From NCBI GenBank assembly GCA_033812955.1, contig JAPXSS010000006.1, forward strand, positions 1,911 to 65,910: a DNA stretch of 64,000 nucleotides, given 5' to 3'. The stretch is from Syntrophobacteraceae bacterium. Its GTDB lineage: Bacteria > Desulfobacterota > Syntrophobacteria > Syntrophobacterales > Syntrophobacteraceae. Below are positions 36,779-45,802 of the stretch, piece by piece. Every line of letters begins with the position of its first letter. The stretch's first letter is position 1. Both the position numbers and the translations under genes were made by a program. A model generated the notes under the pieces. The model did not search any database. It saw only the letters and a list, made by a program, of their open reading frames with translations, and was not told the origin of the DNA.

Positions 36779-37141
36779 ATGAGTCTATATCCGGTAATCT
36801 TGACAGTGGCTGCGTATTTCTTTAGGAAGAAGGTCTGTGTTGAGCTTGACCCGAAAACGCTGGCGGTTGTCGTCATTGCCAACAATTGTGACGATGCAAC
36901 GGCAGCGGAAGCACGGGGAGCAGGCGCTGAGGTTCTCGAGCGGGCTGATCCGGTGTACCACGGCAAAGAGCAGGCCCCGGATTGGTTCCTGAAAGAACAC
37001 GCGGAGATGGGACTGTCCCGAACGAGACGGATTATTGGCGAGCACCATGGCAGTATGACGATTGATAGCATGCCAGGCCTGGGAATCAAAGTGGGGATCC
37101 GGATACCTCGACTGGCTGCTTTTCCTGCGATCAACAAGGGA
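36779..37141 (+). pseudogene. mosaic of gene fragments (GT2 glycosyltransferase piece plus histidine-kinase C-terminal piece), in frame with the downstream STAS gene
   Basis: LAVVVIANNCDDATAAEARGAGAEVLERADPVYHGKEQA resembles an internal GT2 block. GLSRTRRIIGEHHGSMTIDSMPGLGIKVGIRIP resembles the G2-box end of an HATPase_c kinase domain. Neither is full length. Confidence 0.4.
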
Positions 37142-37492
37142 ATGAGTTCCATGGAAATCAGTGAAGAGCGTATTGGTAAAGTAACGGTCTTGAAGCTGAC
37201 TGGCCGTCTGGACTCCGTTTCAGCCCCGGGACTGAAGGATAGGGTGAAAGCCTGCGCCAGAGACGGCCAACTCCATCTGGTCATAGACATGGCCGGGATC
37301 GATTTTGTGGACAGTTCGGGTCTGGGCAGTCTCGTGGCTTCGCTGCGATCGTTGAATAAGGGGGCAGGGGATATGCGGCTTGCCGCGCTGCAGGACCGGG
37401 TGCGCGCGGTATTTGAGCTCATTCGCCTGCATCAGATTTTCGAGATTTTTGACAGTGCCGACACTGCTGTTGACAGCTTTCGAAACGCCTAG
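37142..37492 (+). CDS. STAS-domain anti-sigma-factor antagonist (SpoIIAA/RsbV-like)
   Basis: VTVLKLTGRLDSVSAPGLKD...LVIDMAGIDFVDSSGLGSLV (conserved DSSGLG phospho-Ser loop). The start could be ATG 37142 or 37151. The open frame extends upstream to 36683. Confidence 0.8.
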   Translation: MSSMEISEERIGKVTVLKLTGRLDSVSAPGLKDRVKACARDGQLHLVIDMAGIDFVDSSGLGSLVASLRSLNKGAGDMRLAALQDRVRAVFELIRLHQIFEIFDSADTAVDSFRNA

Positions 37493-37506
37493 GGGAAGTT
37501 CTCAAC

Positions 37507-37950
37507 ATGATCAAGCCCACTGTTGAGGTTGTCCTGCAATGTGCGCAACGCCTGGATCTTTTACATCTGGCAACGGAAATGTCGCGGCTCATCTGCACAA
37601 CTCTCTCAGCCTCAGACCTGGAACAGGACCTCGTGGACAACGTCGAACTGGCGGTGAGCGAAGCATGCACCAATGCGATGCGTCATAGCCGGACAGGAGA
37701 CGCCAACGCCACGATGATCGTCCACTTTGAGCTCTACGAAGACCGACTGGTCGTCGAGGTCAAAGATCAGGGGGCCGGGTTTGATCTCGACAAGGTCCCT
37801 CCCCCGAATTTTACGGAGCACCCTGACGGCGGCTACGGCCTGTACCTGATGCAAACGATCATGGATGAACTTTTTTATACCAGAGGCAGTGAATACAACA
37901 CCCTCACCATGAAGAAGTACTTTCGAAAAGTGGGAACATTCCCGTCATGA
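37507..37950 (+). CDS. anti-sigma factor / serine protein kinase (RsbW/SpoIIAB-like, HATPase_c_2)
   Basis: N-box VSEACTNAMRHS, G-boxes VKDQGAGFD and GGYGLYLM. Directly downstream of the STAS gene. Confidence 0.8.
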   Translation: MIKPTVEVVLQCAQRLDLLHLATEMSRLICTTLSASDLEQDLVDNVELAVSEACTNAMRHSRTGDANATMIVHFELYEDRLVVEVKDQGAGFDLDKVPPPNFTEHPDGGYGLYLMQTIMDELFYTRGSEYNTLTMKKYFRKVGTFPS

Positions 37951-37959
37951 AAGATGCGC

Positions 37960-38478
37960 GGTTTCCGAAGTTGACCAGCACCAAGGCGGCTCTTCAGGCT
38001 TCCATCCTTTACCATTTCAGGTATTCCCCGGGCCATGAATGGGGCAGTCGCAGAACCAGCGAGATTTGGCACTGGCGGTACGCGACCGGTTGATAGACCG
38101 GCTGCTTTCTCGATTCTATGCCATCGCTTGGGATGCCAGGATTCGGCTATGGCATCCACTACGAATACGACCTCTTCAAACAGGAAATTGACAACGGCTA
38201 TCAACGCGAGAAACCGGATAACTGGCTCGCTGACCGGACACCGTGGGAGATAGAGCGGAACGACGAGGCCTGTATCATTGCGGTTTATGGCCGGATCGAA
38301 CATGCTTGTGATCGTTCGGGCAACTACAACCCCATGTGGCTCGACTGGAAGGTTCTCATGCGGCGGCAGGACCGTCGCCGGCAAAGAGGCCTCAGGCACC
38401 GGCAACATGAAATTCGCGTTCAACGGCGCCCTCACCATCGGGACGCTGCATGGTGCCGACATCGAAATCGAGGAGTAA
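37960..38478 (+). pseudogene. glgP: heavily deleted and frameshifted glycogen/alpha-glucan phosphorylase remnant
   Basis: Fragments in three frames: RDLALAVRDRLIDRLL; FLDSMPSLGMPGFGYGIHYEYDLFKQEIDNGYQREKPDNWL..PWEIER; and the PLP-site block [32 protein letters not shown]. More than 600 aa of a normal GlgP are missing. Confidence 0.6.
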
Positions 38479-38480
38479 CG

Positions 38481-39302
38481 ATGGACGATTTTTGCAAACA
38501 GCTTGAGGAGGCGGCCGGGTTCATTCGCTCCAGGATGGGAAACCCGCCCGAGATCGGCTTGATTCTCGGGACAGGCCTCGGTGCGGTCGCCGAAGCGATG
38601 GAACTTGATGCGCTCATTCCCTATAAAGAGATCCCCCACTTTCCGGTATCGACCGCACCTAGCCATGAAAGTCGCCTGCTCTGCGGGCGGTGGCAAGGGA
38701 AGCCGGTGATCTCCATGCAGGGGCGGTTCCATCTTTTTGAAGGCTATACGGCGCAGCAGATCTCCTTTCCGATCCGGGTGATGAAGGCGCTCGGGGTGGG
38801 GACGTTGATCATCTCCGCCGCGGCTGGCGGGCTCAACCCCCAGTTCCGCGCCGGAGAGTTGATGCTGATCACCGACCACATCAACCTCACCGGCCACAAC
38901 CCCCTGCGCGGCCCCAACCTGGATGCGTGGGGGCCACGCTTTCCGGACATGGCCGAACCCTATCGCCGGCAACTGCAGGACCTGGCGGTGAGGATCGCGC
39001 TCGCCGAGAAGCTCATGCTCCATCGGGGAGTCTATGTCGGGCTGCTCGGCCCAAGCCTGGAAACTGCCGCCGAGACCCGTTTCCTTCGGGCTATCGGGGC
39101 GGATGCAGTGGGCATGTCGGTGGTTATGGAAGTGATCACCGCCGTCCACTGTGGCTTGGAGGTCCTGGGGTTCGCGGTGATCACCAATGTCAATCTGCCG
39201 GACTGCTACCAGCCGGCAGCCCTGGAAGACATTGTGGCCACGGCGGAACAGGCTGGGCCAAAGCTCATGAGCCTGGTCACCAGGCTCGTGGAACATCTGT
39301 AA
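38481..39302 (+). CDS. punA: purine nucleoside phosphorylase (trimeric PNP family)
   Basis: MQGRFHLFEGY, GPSLETAAETRFLRAIGADAVGMSVVMEV, VITN. RBS GAGGAG before ATG 38481. The track ORF 38118.. includes the upstream pseudogene frame. Confidence 0.85.
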   Translation: MDDFCKQLEEAAGFIRSRMGNPPEIGLILGTGLGAVAEAMELDALIPYKEIPHFPVSTAPSHESRLLCGRWQGKPVISMQGRFHLFEGYTAQQISFPIRVMKALGVGTLIISAAAGGLNPQFRAGELMLITDHINLTGHNPLRGPNLDAWGPRFPDMAEPYRRQLQDLAVRIALAEKLMLHRGVYVGLLGPSLETAAETRFLRAIGADAVGMSVVMEVITAVHCGLEVLGFAVITNVNLPDCYQPAALEDIVATAEQAGPKLMSLVTRLVEHL

Positions 39303-39317
39303 GGATCGAGGGAAGAC

Positions 39318-40652
39318 ATGGTGCGTTCGAATGAATCGGAACCGACAACCGCGGATCTCCTGCTCCTCAACGGGCTGGTGCTGACGCTGGACGACCGGGA
39401 TCAGCGCTTTGACCCGGGTGGGGTAGCGGTGCGCAGCGGAGAAATCGTCGCGGTCGGCCCCAAAGAATCCGTGCAGACGGCTTTCCGTGCCGTCAAAACC
39501 CTGGATGTGACCGGCTGTGTGGTGATGCCCGGCTTGGTCAATGCCCACACCCACGCTGCCATGACCATCTTTCGCGGCCTCGCCGACGACCTCCCCTTGA
39601 TGGAATGGCTGCATCAGCATATCTTTCCCGCCGAACGGCGACTCACCGAAGAGTGGATTTACTGGGGCACCATGCTCGCCTGTGCCGAAATGATTCTCTC
39701 CGGCACAACCACCTTTTGTGACATGTATCTGTTCGAACACAAAGTGGCGGAAGCCGCCCGCGACGCCGGTATGCGCGCCCTGGTCGGCGAGGTGCTCTAC
39801 GATTTTCCCTCACCTCACTATGGCCCCATCGAAAACGGTCTCGAATTTACGGAATCCCTGATCCACCGGTGGCGCGACGATCCCCTCGTGCGCATCGCCG
39901 TGGAACCTCACGCCCTCTACACCTGTTCGCCGCCCGTGCTGCAGCGCTGCTTCGAACTGGCGGAGCGCTACGAGGTGCCGCTCATCACGCACGTGTCTGA
40001 AAACCAAGCCGAGGTGGAGGAAATCATCCAGCGCTACGGACACCGCCCGGTGGCGCACCTGGAACGCCTCGGGATGCTCAGCCCGCGCCTGATCGCCGAC
40101 CACTGCGTGGCCCTCGACGACCAGGATCTGGAGCTGCTGGCCCAACGGGGCGTCCAGGTGGTGCACAATCCGGAGAGCAACATGAAGCTGGCTTCCGGCA
40201 TTGCACCGGTTACCCGACTGCTGGCAATGGGGGTGAACGTGGCGCTCGGAACCGATGGTTGTGCCAGCAACAACGATCTCGACCTTTTCGGGGAGATGGA
40301 TACCTGCGCCAAGCTCCACAAGGCGGTAACCCTCGACCCGACGGTGCTCCCCGCCTCAACCGTGCTCCGCATGGCCACCCGCAACGGCGCCAAAGCCCTC
40401 GGCTGGGAGGGCGAAATTGGTGAACTTTCACTCGGCAGGCTGGCCGACCTCATCGTGGTGGACTTCAGACAGCCTCATCTGACCCCGGTTTATGAACCCA
40501 GAAGCCACCTGGTTTACGCCGCCCGCGGTTCCGATGTGCGCCACAGCATCATCCACGGCCGCCTGGTGATGGAAGACCGAAGGTTGCTCACCATGGATCG
40601 TGACGAGGTGATGCAGCGTGTCCGCACCTTCGCCCGCACCATCAAATCCTGA
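39318..40652 (+). CDS. mtaD: MtaD-type amidohydrolase (5-methylthioadenosine/S-adenosylhomocysteine deaminase family)
   Basis: VMPGLVNAHTHAAMTIFRGLADDLPLMEWL, HVSE, ALGTDGCASNNDLD. Metal-ligand pattern of the MtaD subgroup of amidohydrolases. Confidence 0.8.
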   Translation: MVRSNESEPTTADLLLLNGLVLTLDDRDQRFDPGGVAVRSGEIVAVGPKESVQTAFRAVKTLDVTGCVVMPGLVNAHTHAAMTIFRGLADDLPLMEWLHQHIFPAERRLTEEWIYWGTMLACAEMILSGTTTFCDMYLFEHKVAEAARDAGMRALVGEVLYDFPSPHYGPIENGLEFTESLIHRWRDDPLVRIAVEPHALYTCSPPVLQRCFELAERYEVPLITHVSENQAEVEEIIQRYGHRPVAHLERLGMLSPRLIADHCVALDDQDLELLAQRGVQVVHNPESNMKLASGIAPVTRLLAMGVNVALGTDGCASNNDLDLFGEMDTCAKLHKAVTLDPTVLPASTVLRMATRNGAKALGWEGEIGELSLGRLADLIVVDFRQPHLTPVYEPRSHLVYAARGSDVRHSIIHGRLVMEDRRLLTMDRDEVMQRVRTFARTIKS

Positions 40653-42009
40653 AGGGGAGAGATCATCCCTGAGTGCAGAAGGAAAGCCGGGCTGCCGTGA
40701 GGTCGATCTGCTGCTGACCAATATCGAGTGGCTGGTCACCGGGGATGAGGCCATGAGCTGCCTGCCGTCGGGAGCCATCGCCATCGACAGGTCGGAGGTG
40801 GTTGGGGTCGGCTCGACCCATCTGCTTCGAACCGATTTCTGCGGCCGCCGCGAAACGGACCTCTCCGGCTTTCTGGTACTTCCCGGGTTGATCAATGCCC
40901 ACACCCACGCCGCCATGACCTGCTTTCGGGGGCTGGGCGACGATTTGCCGCTGGCCCGGTGGCTCCACGAAGTCATCTTTCCGGCGGAAGCAGCCCATGT
41001 GAATCCGGCAATGGTCTACCGGGGAACTCTGCTGGCCTGCGTGGAGATGCTGAAAAACGGGATCACCACCTTCTGCGACGGCTACTTCTTTGAAGAAACC
41101 ACAGCCCGGGCGGTGTTGGAGAGCGGCATGCGGGCAGTCCTGGGCCAGGGTGTGCTCGATTTTCCCACTCCCGATCAGCCCGACCCGGCCCGCTCCCGCG
41201 AGCGGGTGGAAGCCTTTCTCGACTCCTTTCCCCGGGATGCCGACCGTCTCCGCCCTTCGATTTTCTGCCACACGCCCACCACCTGCCGCGCCGAGACGCT
41301 GCAATGGGCTAAGAAACTCTGCCGGGAGCACGGCATTCTGTTTCAGACCCATCTTTCGGAAACCGCGGTCGAGGTTGAGGCCATCCTTCAGCAGCATGGG
41401 GAACGGCCGGTATTCTATCTGGATCGCTTGGGGGTTCTCGACGGCGATACTCTCTGTGCTCATGGAGTGTGGTTGGAGGCAGAAGAAATGGAGCTGCTGG
41501 CAGGCCGTGGCGTCAAGCTTTCACACAATGCCGAAAGCAACATGAAACTGGCCTCTGGCGTGGCCTCCATTCCTGCACTGCTCGCGGCCGGGATCGTAAT
41601 CGGCCTGGGAACCGATGGCTGCGCCAGCAACAACAATCTCGATCTTTTCACCGAGATGGACAAGGCGGCCAAGCTTCAGAAAGTGGTCCAGCGTGACCCG
41701 ACCGCCTGCCCGGCCCCGCAGGTGCTGCGGATGGCTACGCGGGACGGCGCCGCCGCGCTCGGCTGGCAGGACCAAATCGGGAGCCTGGAGGTGGGCAGAA
41801 AGGCTGACCTCGTTGCCATCGATCTTGATCAACCTCATCTCACCCCCCTATACAACCCTATTTCCCATCTCGTCTACGCGGTGAAGGGAAGTGACGTCCG
41901 CCACGTGTGGGTGAACGGCCGGCAGGTGGTCCAGGATCGGCGGGTGCTCACCGTCGACGAAGACGAAGCGGTCGCCGCGGTGAGAGCATTCCTGACGGGA
42001 ATCACTTGA
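40618..42009 (+). CDS. second MtaD-type amidohydrolase paralogue
   Basis: VLPGLINAHTHAAMTCFRGLGDDLPLARWL, HLSE, GLGTDGCASNNNLD. GTG 40618 is the only in-frame start and overlaps the upstream gene by 35 nt, so the start is uncertain. Confidence 0.75.
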   Translation: MSAPSPAPSNPEGERSSLSAEGKPGCREVDLLLTNIEWLVTGDEAMSCLPSGAIAIDRSEVVGVGSTHLLRTDFCGRRETDLSGFLVLPGLINAHTHAAMTCFRGLGDDLPLARWLHEVIFPAEAAHVNPAMVYRGTLLACVEMLKNGITTFCDGYFFEETTARAVLESGMRAVLGQGVLDFPTPDQPDPARSRERVEAFLDSFPRDADRLRPSIFCHTPTTCRAETLQWAKKLCREHGILFQTHLSETAVEVEAILQQHGERPVFYLDRLGVLDGDTLCAHGVWLEAEEMELLAGRGVKLSHNAESNMKLASGVASIPALLAAGIVIGLGTDGCASNNNLDLFTEMDKAAKLQKVVQRDPTACPAPQVLRMATRDGAAALGWQDQIGSLEVGRKADLVAIDLDQPHLTPLYNPISHLVYAVKGSDVRHVWVNGRQVVQDRRVLTVDEDEAVAAVRAFLTGIT

Positions 42010-42202
42010 GGCCGGAGCGAATCCGCGCCTGTTATCCTCGTTTAGCTTAAGAAGTTTTGCTTTTTTGTATTAACCGCAGCGAGCACTGACAGAAGCAGTC
42101 TACGCGTCCTCTGCATCTCTGCGGTAAAAGCAAGTTTTCAACCTTCACAGATGGAGCATGCCGTTGTGGCAGGCTTGCCAGGTCTTGGCCGGAAGAGTCT
42201 CC

Positions 42203-42922
42203 TCATTTCTTCAAGTAGGCTTCCAGAGCCTTCTGATTGAACCCCCCTATCTTCACGCCGCTGTCCAGGATGAACATGGGAGTCGAGTTGACTCCCATGG
42301 CGTCGGCAGTGGCCTTATGTTTCTGCAGCAGTTGCTCACCCGCCTCACATTTCTCTCCGGGGGGGCCCTGATCACCATGACCGGCGTCCAACGCCGCTAC
42401 GCGGTCCTGATTGCACAGAATCTTGACACTCTTTTCCCCGGCCTGGGGATGCATGGGAAGAGGATAGAAAAAAACATAGAGAGTATAATCGCTCTGGGTC
42501 TTCAGCCATTCGTAGCTCTTACGACAGTAGGGACAGTCAAGGTCCGTAAACAAGTAGAGTTTCTTGGCGCCGTTTCCCCGGGTGATCGTGATCGCATCCT
42601 GGAGAGGCAGTTTCGATACATCGACCTTGTTGACCTGATCGAAGCGTTCCTTGGTAAGATTCATCTTGTCCTTGTTGATGAGATTGCCGCCCGAGATGAG
42701 ATAGCGACCATCCTTGGTCACGTACAGGATTTGCTTATCCCGTCCGGGCATGGTGGCCACTACCTCGTAGATGCTTCCCAGGTCATTGGCTTCCACCACC
42801 TGGATTTCTGTCTCGAACAGGCTCTTGATGATCGGCAGTTCTCGCACCTTCTTGGAGACATCGGCCGCTTGCAGCGGCGGGGTAAGGACCAGCAGCAGTA
42901 CAGTCAGGAATGCTCGTTTCAT
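42203..42922 (-). CDS. periplasmic thiol:disulfide interchange protein (DsbC/DsbG-like)
   Basis: Signal peptide MKRAFLTVLLLVLTPPLQA (start at 42922, RBS GGAGG). Thioredoxin-fold CPYC active site in FTDLDCPYCRK. Confidence 0.7.
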   Translation of the reverse strand: MKRAFLTVLLLVLTPPLQAADVSKKVRELPIIKSLFETEIQVVEANDLGSIYEVVATMPGRDKQILYVTKDGRYLISGGNLINKDKMNLTKERFDQVNKVDVSKLPLQDAITITRGNGAKKLYLFTDLDCPYCRKSYEWLKTQSDYTLYVFFYPLPMHPQAGEKSVKILCNQDRVAALDAGHGDQGPPGEKCEAGEQLLQKHKATADAMGVNSTPMFILDSGVKIGGFNQKALEAYLKK

Positions 42923-43374
42923 GCTACCTCCGAAAGAAGTTCTGTTCAGCACGCAGGCTGAAGTCAGTTATCCTCATAGCACAACGGCCATGAGGAAACT
43001 ACTTGAATCTTCATGGGCGAAACCCCGAGTGGCCCATCAGGAACCGTCATCGCGGCACCGCGCAGCTCAACTGGCAGCAGGAAGGCCTTTTCCTTCTTCT
43101 GCGCTTTTTGCCCGTCAATCTTTTCCTTGTCACAACATCGCTTCTGGGGTTATTCAAGGTACGGGGGACAGAAGGGGGTACTCACTGCCGATCGGGTTGG
43201 CAGGAATTCAGTTCCCGGGCGACACGGTCGACTTGGCGCCCTGCGCCCTTCTGGCACATCAGTTGCCGTGCGCCTCATGAGAACCGCACCACACAAATGG
43301 GTGTCCGATTTTCATCCGCCATACCCGCGACTCATGGTCACTCTAATCTGTGGCGCAGTTATGAGGAGGAAATC

Positions 43375-44337
43375 ATGATCAGAAAGAGACCACCATCCCT
43401 CCGCTGGTTCAGCGAGTCGATCGGGTCGAGCCTCGAAATTCGTTACCTCTGTGACCGGGTTGTCTTCAACGGTCACTCTCTCTATCAAAAGATTGTTCTG
43501 GTTGACAGTCTCGTGCATGGGCGCATGCTGTTCCTCGACGGCATCTGCCAGTCCTCTGCCAACGATGAATTCATCTACCATGAGATGCTGGTCCACCCGG
43601 CGCTTTTCAGCCATCCGGCACCCCGGACGGTTCTGGTGGTAGGAGGTGCTACCGGCGCAAGCCTGCGGGAAATCTTTCGCCATCCGGGGATCGACCGGGT
43701 GGTGATGGTGGATATCGATGGTGAACTGATTGAAATCTGTAAACGCTATGCCACTCAGTGGCACGAAGGCAGCTTCGACGACCCCCGGCTCGAGCTGATC
43801 ATCGAAGACGGTCGTCACTACCTGGAACAGAGCTCTGAACGGTTCGACTGTATCATCCTCGATCTCAGCGACCCATTTGACAGTAGCCCCGCTTCTCTAC
43901 TTTTCACCAGGGAATTTTACCAGGCTGTCAACCGGCGCCTGGGTCCACAGGGAACGGTTACCGTCCAGGCTCAGGGAATCAGCCCCGAGGACACCGTCAT
44001 CCATGCCCGGATCACCAACACCCTCAAGAGTGTGTTTCCCGTGGTCTGCGCCTACCCTTATACTCTGCACTGCTTTCACCGGCCGGATGCGCATGTGCTG
44101 GCCTCGCGGGACCCCAACTGGGCCCTGGCTGCCCTGGTTCAGCGGGCCGAAGCGACTCCCCTCCCGCTGCGCTATTTCTCCCCGGAAATCGCCCGCGGGA
44201 TGTTCAATCTGCCCCCTTACCTGTATCAGGCTTATGAGACCTTCACTGAAATACTGACCGACGAGCTGATGCAGGTTGCGGGGGCCGGCGCACCAGGCGG
44301 CAGCCGCCCGGTCCAGGCATCCGGGACCGTGGCGTAG
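43375..44337 (+). CDS. speE: spermidine synthase-like aminopropyltransferase
   Basis: LFLDGICQSSANDEFIYHEMLVHP, VLVVGGATGASLREI, MVDIDGELI, IILDLSDP. RBS GAGGAGG before ATG 43375. The upstream part of track ORF 43003.. has no recognisable similarity. Confidence 0.8.
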   Translation: MIRKRPPSLRWFSESIGSSLEIRYLCDRVVFNGHSLYQKIVLVDSLVHGRMLFLDGICQSSANDEFIYHEMLVHPALFSHPAPRTVLVVGGATGASLREIFRHPGIDRVVMVDIDGELIEICKRYATQWHEGSFDDPRLELIIEDGRHYLEQSSERFDCIILDLSDPFDSSPASLLFTREFYQAVNRRLGPQGTVTVQAQGISPEDTVIHARITNTLKSVFPVVCAYPYTLHCFHRPDAHVLASRDPNWALAALVQRAEATPLPLRYFSPEIARGMFNLPPYLYQAYETFTEILTDELMQVAGAGAPGGSRPVQASGTVA

Positions 44338-44438
44338 GTCCGCTGTCTGCAAGGGTTTCGGGGGCTCCTCGGGGGGGCGGCCACGGTGCGCCAGGCAACC
44401 GGCCCAAGCTGGAGCACCTCACCACGGTGGCAGAGCGA

Positions 44439-44466
44439 TTGACATTCTCTCCATTAATTTTATATG
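44439..44466 (+). promoter_or_regulatory. candidate sigma70-type promoter
   Basis: TTGACA(44439-44444)-N16-TATATG(44461-44466), ~45 nt upstream of the carboxynorspermidine dehydrogenase start. Confidence 0.3.
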
Positions 44467-44508
44467 AAACCCTTCGTCCAGGAGCTACTTGCTAATAAGG
44501 AGGATGGC

Positions 44509-45687
44509 ATGAGCAGAGTGCTGATCGTCGGCGCCGGAGGCGTGGGTGGGGTAGTGACCCACAAATGCGCCCAATTCCCGGAGGTTTTCAGTGAGATTGT
44601 CCTGGCGAGCCGCACCCTCGCAAAGTGTGAGGCGATCAGGAAGCAGCTCGCCCGGCCCATCCAGACCGCTCAAGTTGACGCCGACAACGTCGGGGAAATG
44701 GTCGCCCTGATCAACAAGGTTCGCCCGGATGTGCTCATCAATGTGGCCCTGCCCTACCAGGACCTGAGCATTATGGATGCCTGCCTGGAGACCGGCGTTC
44801 CCTATATCGATACCGCATGCTACGAACCTCCGGACGAGGCCCGCTATTCCTACACCTGGCAGTGGGAGTATCAGGAACGCTTTGCCGAGAAGGGCCTCAT
44901 GGCGCTGCTGGGCTGCGGGTTTGACCCGGGGGTTACCAACATCTACATCGCCCACGCCCTCAAGCACCATTTCGACGAGATCGATTTCGTGGACATTGTG
45001 GACTGTAACGCCGGGCAGCACGGCTTTGCCTTCGCTACCAACTTCAACCCGGAAATCAACCTGCGGGAAGTGACCGCACGCGGCCGTTACTACGAAAACG
45101 GGCAGTGGATCGAAACCGAACCCCTGTCGGTCCACAAACCCGTCGACTATCCGGAGATCGGCCCCCGGGAATCCTATCTGATGTATCACGAAGAGCTGGA
45201 ATCGTTGGTGAAGCACATCCCGGGCATCAAGCGGATCCGGTTCTGGATGACCTTTTCCCGGGAATACCTGACCCACCTGAGAGTCCTCGAAAACGTGGGC
45301 ATGACGCGGATCGATCCGGTCACCTACCAAGGCGTCGAGATCGTTCCGCTCAAGTTCCTGAAGGCGCTCCTGCCGGAACCCTCCGCCCTGGGAGAGACCT
45401 ATACCGGCAAAACCTGCATCGGCTGCCTCATCGAAGGCCGCAAAGCAGGCAAAGTTCGGAAATACTTCGTTTACAACATTTGCGATCACGCCGCCTGCTA
45501 CCGGGAAGTGCGCGCCAATGCGGTATCGTACACGGCTGGTGTGCCGCCCGTCCTCGGGGCCGCCCTGGTGCTGAACGGCACCTGGGCGGGCGCCGGGGTC
45601 TTCAATGTAGAACAGCTCGATCCGACCCCCTTCATGGCCAAGATCGGGCACTACGGCCTGCCGTGGAAGGAGGTCTTTCTTGAGTAG
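44509..45687 (+). CDS. carboxynorspermidine/carboxyspermidine dehydrogenase (saccharopine dehydrogenase family)
   Basis: MSRVLIVGAGGVGGVVTHKCAQ, IDTACYEPPD, GCGFDPGVTN. RBS AAGGAGG before ATG 44509. Confidence 0.85.
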   Translation: MSRVLIVGAGGVGGVVTHKCAQFPEVFSEIVLASRTLAKCEAIRKQLARPIQTAQVDADNVGEMVALINKVRPDVLINVALPYQDLSIMDACLETGVPYIDTACYEPPDEARYSYTWQWEYQERFAEKGLMALLGCGFDPGVTNIYIAHALKHHFDEIDFVDIVDCNAGQHGFAFATNFNPEINLREVTARGRYYENGQWIETEPLSVHKPVDYPEIGPRESYLMYHEELESLVKHIPGIKRIRFWMTFSREYLTHLRVLENVGMTRIDPVTYQGVEIVPLKFLKALLPEPSALGETYTGKTCIGCLIEGRKAGKVRKYFVYNICDHAACYREVRANAVSYTAGVPPVLGAALVLNGTWAGAGVFNVEQLDPTPFMAKIGHYGLPWKEVFLE

Positions 45688-45802
45688 GGACGCTCTGAGA
45701 ACAAGTTGCACGGATTTGGACCATCTTTTCATCCACCAAATCACACGAAGATTCCCGAAGTCACGCAAAGCAAGCGTTTCCTGTTGCTGAGGCGGTAATT
45801 CC

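Noticed and set aside
37875-39740. 621-aa minus-strand ORF. Similar long antisense ORFs occur at 35920..37422(-), 26882..28399(-), 44485..45804(-), 16416..17591(-), 23901..24935(-), 14866..16083(-), 11056..12126(-), 9139..10191(-), 30945..32096(+), 47782..48783(+), 54803..55921(-) and 62591..63469(+).
   Set aside because: All lie antisense to genes with strong family motifs. Their translations are Arg/Gly/Pro/His-rich with no recognisable motif. They are typical shadow ORFs of GC-rich DNA.
43003-43374. N-terminal 124-aa extension of the speE ORF in the track. Similar upstream extensions occur for der (6261-6329), the DsbC-like gene (42923-42952), the FecR-like gene (32640-32789), the TlpA-like gene (60819-60917), the carboxynorspermidine dehydrogenase (44464-44508) and the zinc-ribbon gene (46933-47067).
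   Set aside because: In each case a good RBS and a family-typical N-terminus or signal peptide occur at the internal start, and the extensions have no recognisable sequence.
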